A stretch of 64,000 bases of DNA. It comes from Hydrolagus affinis (lineage: Eukaryota). Shown piece after piece: positions 63,546 through 64,000 of the stretch. A program made the translations under genes and the position numbers. The stretch lies in assembly GCA_012026655.1 (NCBI GenBank), contig JAAILG010000102.1, positions 62,001-126,000 on the forward strand. Direction: 5' to 3'. Below the pieces are notes generated by a model. It had not been told where the DNA came from, did no database searches, and worked only from the letters and a program-made list of their open reading frames with translations. Numbering within the stretch: position 1 is the first letter of the stretch; the number at the start of each line of letters is the position of its first letter.

Positions 63546-64000
63546 CTAGCACTAAGTACAGATAATCAATGTACTGTTAGTTGTACTTATACATTTAATG
63601 AGGTACTTGACCTCTATAAGTCACTCAGCTGTAATTATGCCAGGAGAATTGATCAGAAAATCTTCAGCAAGAACAGAAAGGAGCATAATGGCTAGATCCA
63701 GACATCAAAGTGGCCTTCACTATAACAGAATAGAGTTGACAAAGAGCACTGTAAGGTTTGGTTCCCAACTCCATCGATCAACCCCATTACTATCATAATA
63801 CCCAACTGCAGTTACTGCTTCTCTGTCATTTTCTACACAGTGAGAAGCCAGTATTACAATTTCTGTGAGGCGGAAAGGCAACCACATTATCATTCAAGTT
63901 CAGTGAGAGATTTGTCTTTGTTGGCAATGTCCTGACAGGACAGGACCTGGAGCTCTCTCCTAACAAGGATTCAAGTTCCAAGGTTACCCTTCACTTCAAA

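Noticed and set aside
1-64000. A prokaryotic-style novel system (operon, CRISPR, defence island)
   Set aside because: The window is vertebrate non-coding DNA: no long ORFs, no regularly spaced repeat-spacer array, abundant SINE/LINE remnants.

Overview
AT-rich, CpG-depleted vertebrate genomic DNA (intronic or gene-desert), with one 100-N assembly gap at 6730-6829. The repeat content suggests a cartilaginous fish, possibly a chimaera/elephant shark (inference): Deu-domain SINEs, tRNA-Ala-headed SINEs, L2 and CR1 LINE remnants, and Penelope-type palindromic elements. I recognise no intact protein-coding gene. The supplied ORFs are short and appear spurious, apart from degraded LINE ORF2 pieces (CR1 at about 31.15-31.75 kb, L2 at about 33.8-34.0 kb). 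There is no prokaryotic operon, CRISPR array or defence system. The most interesting signals are: (1) three TSD-flanked short elements of one family (41.46, 54.21, 58.76 kb), two of which carry a minimal hammerhead-ribozyme core of the Penelope-like-element type and one of which is a long fold-back; (2) a 3'-terminal stem-loop shared by L2 tails and SINE tails that shows compensatory base changes; (3) three well-formed minus-strand candidate exons (75, 19, 45 nt) downstream of a CpG-richer segment, plus one plus-strand candidate exon; (4) an 89-bp CCC-terminated MITE and a perfect palindrome inside a SINE; (5) several repeat-free, motif-dense candidate conserved enhancers. All family assignments were made by eye, without database searches.
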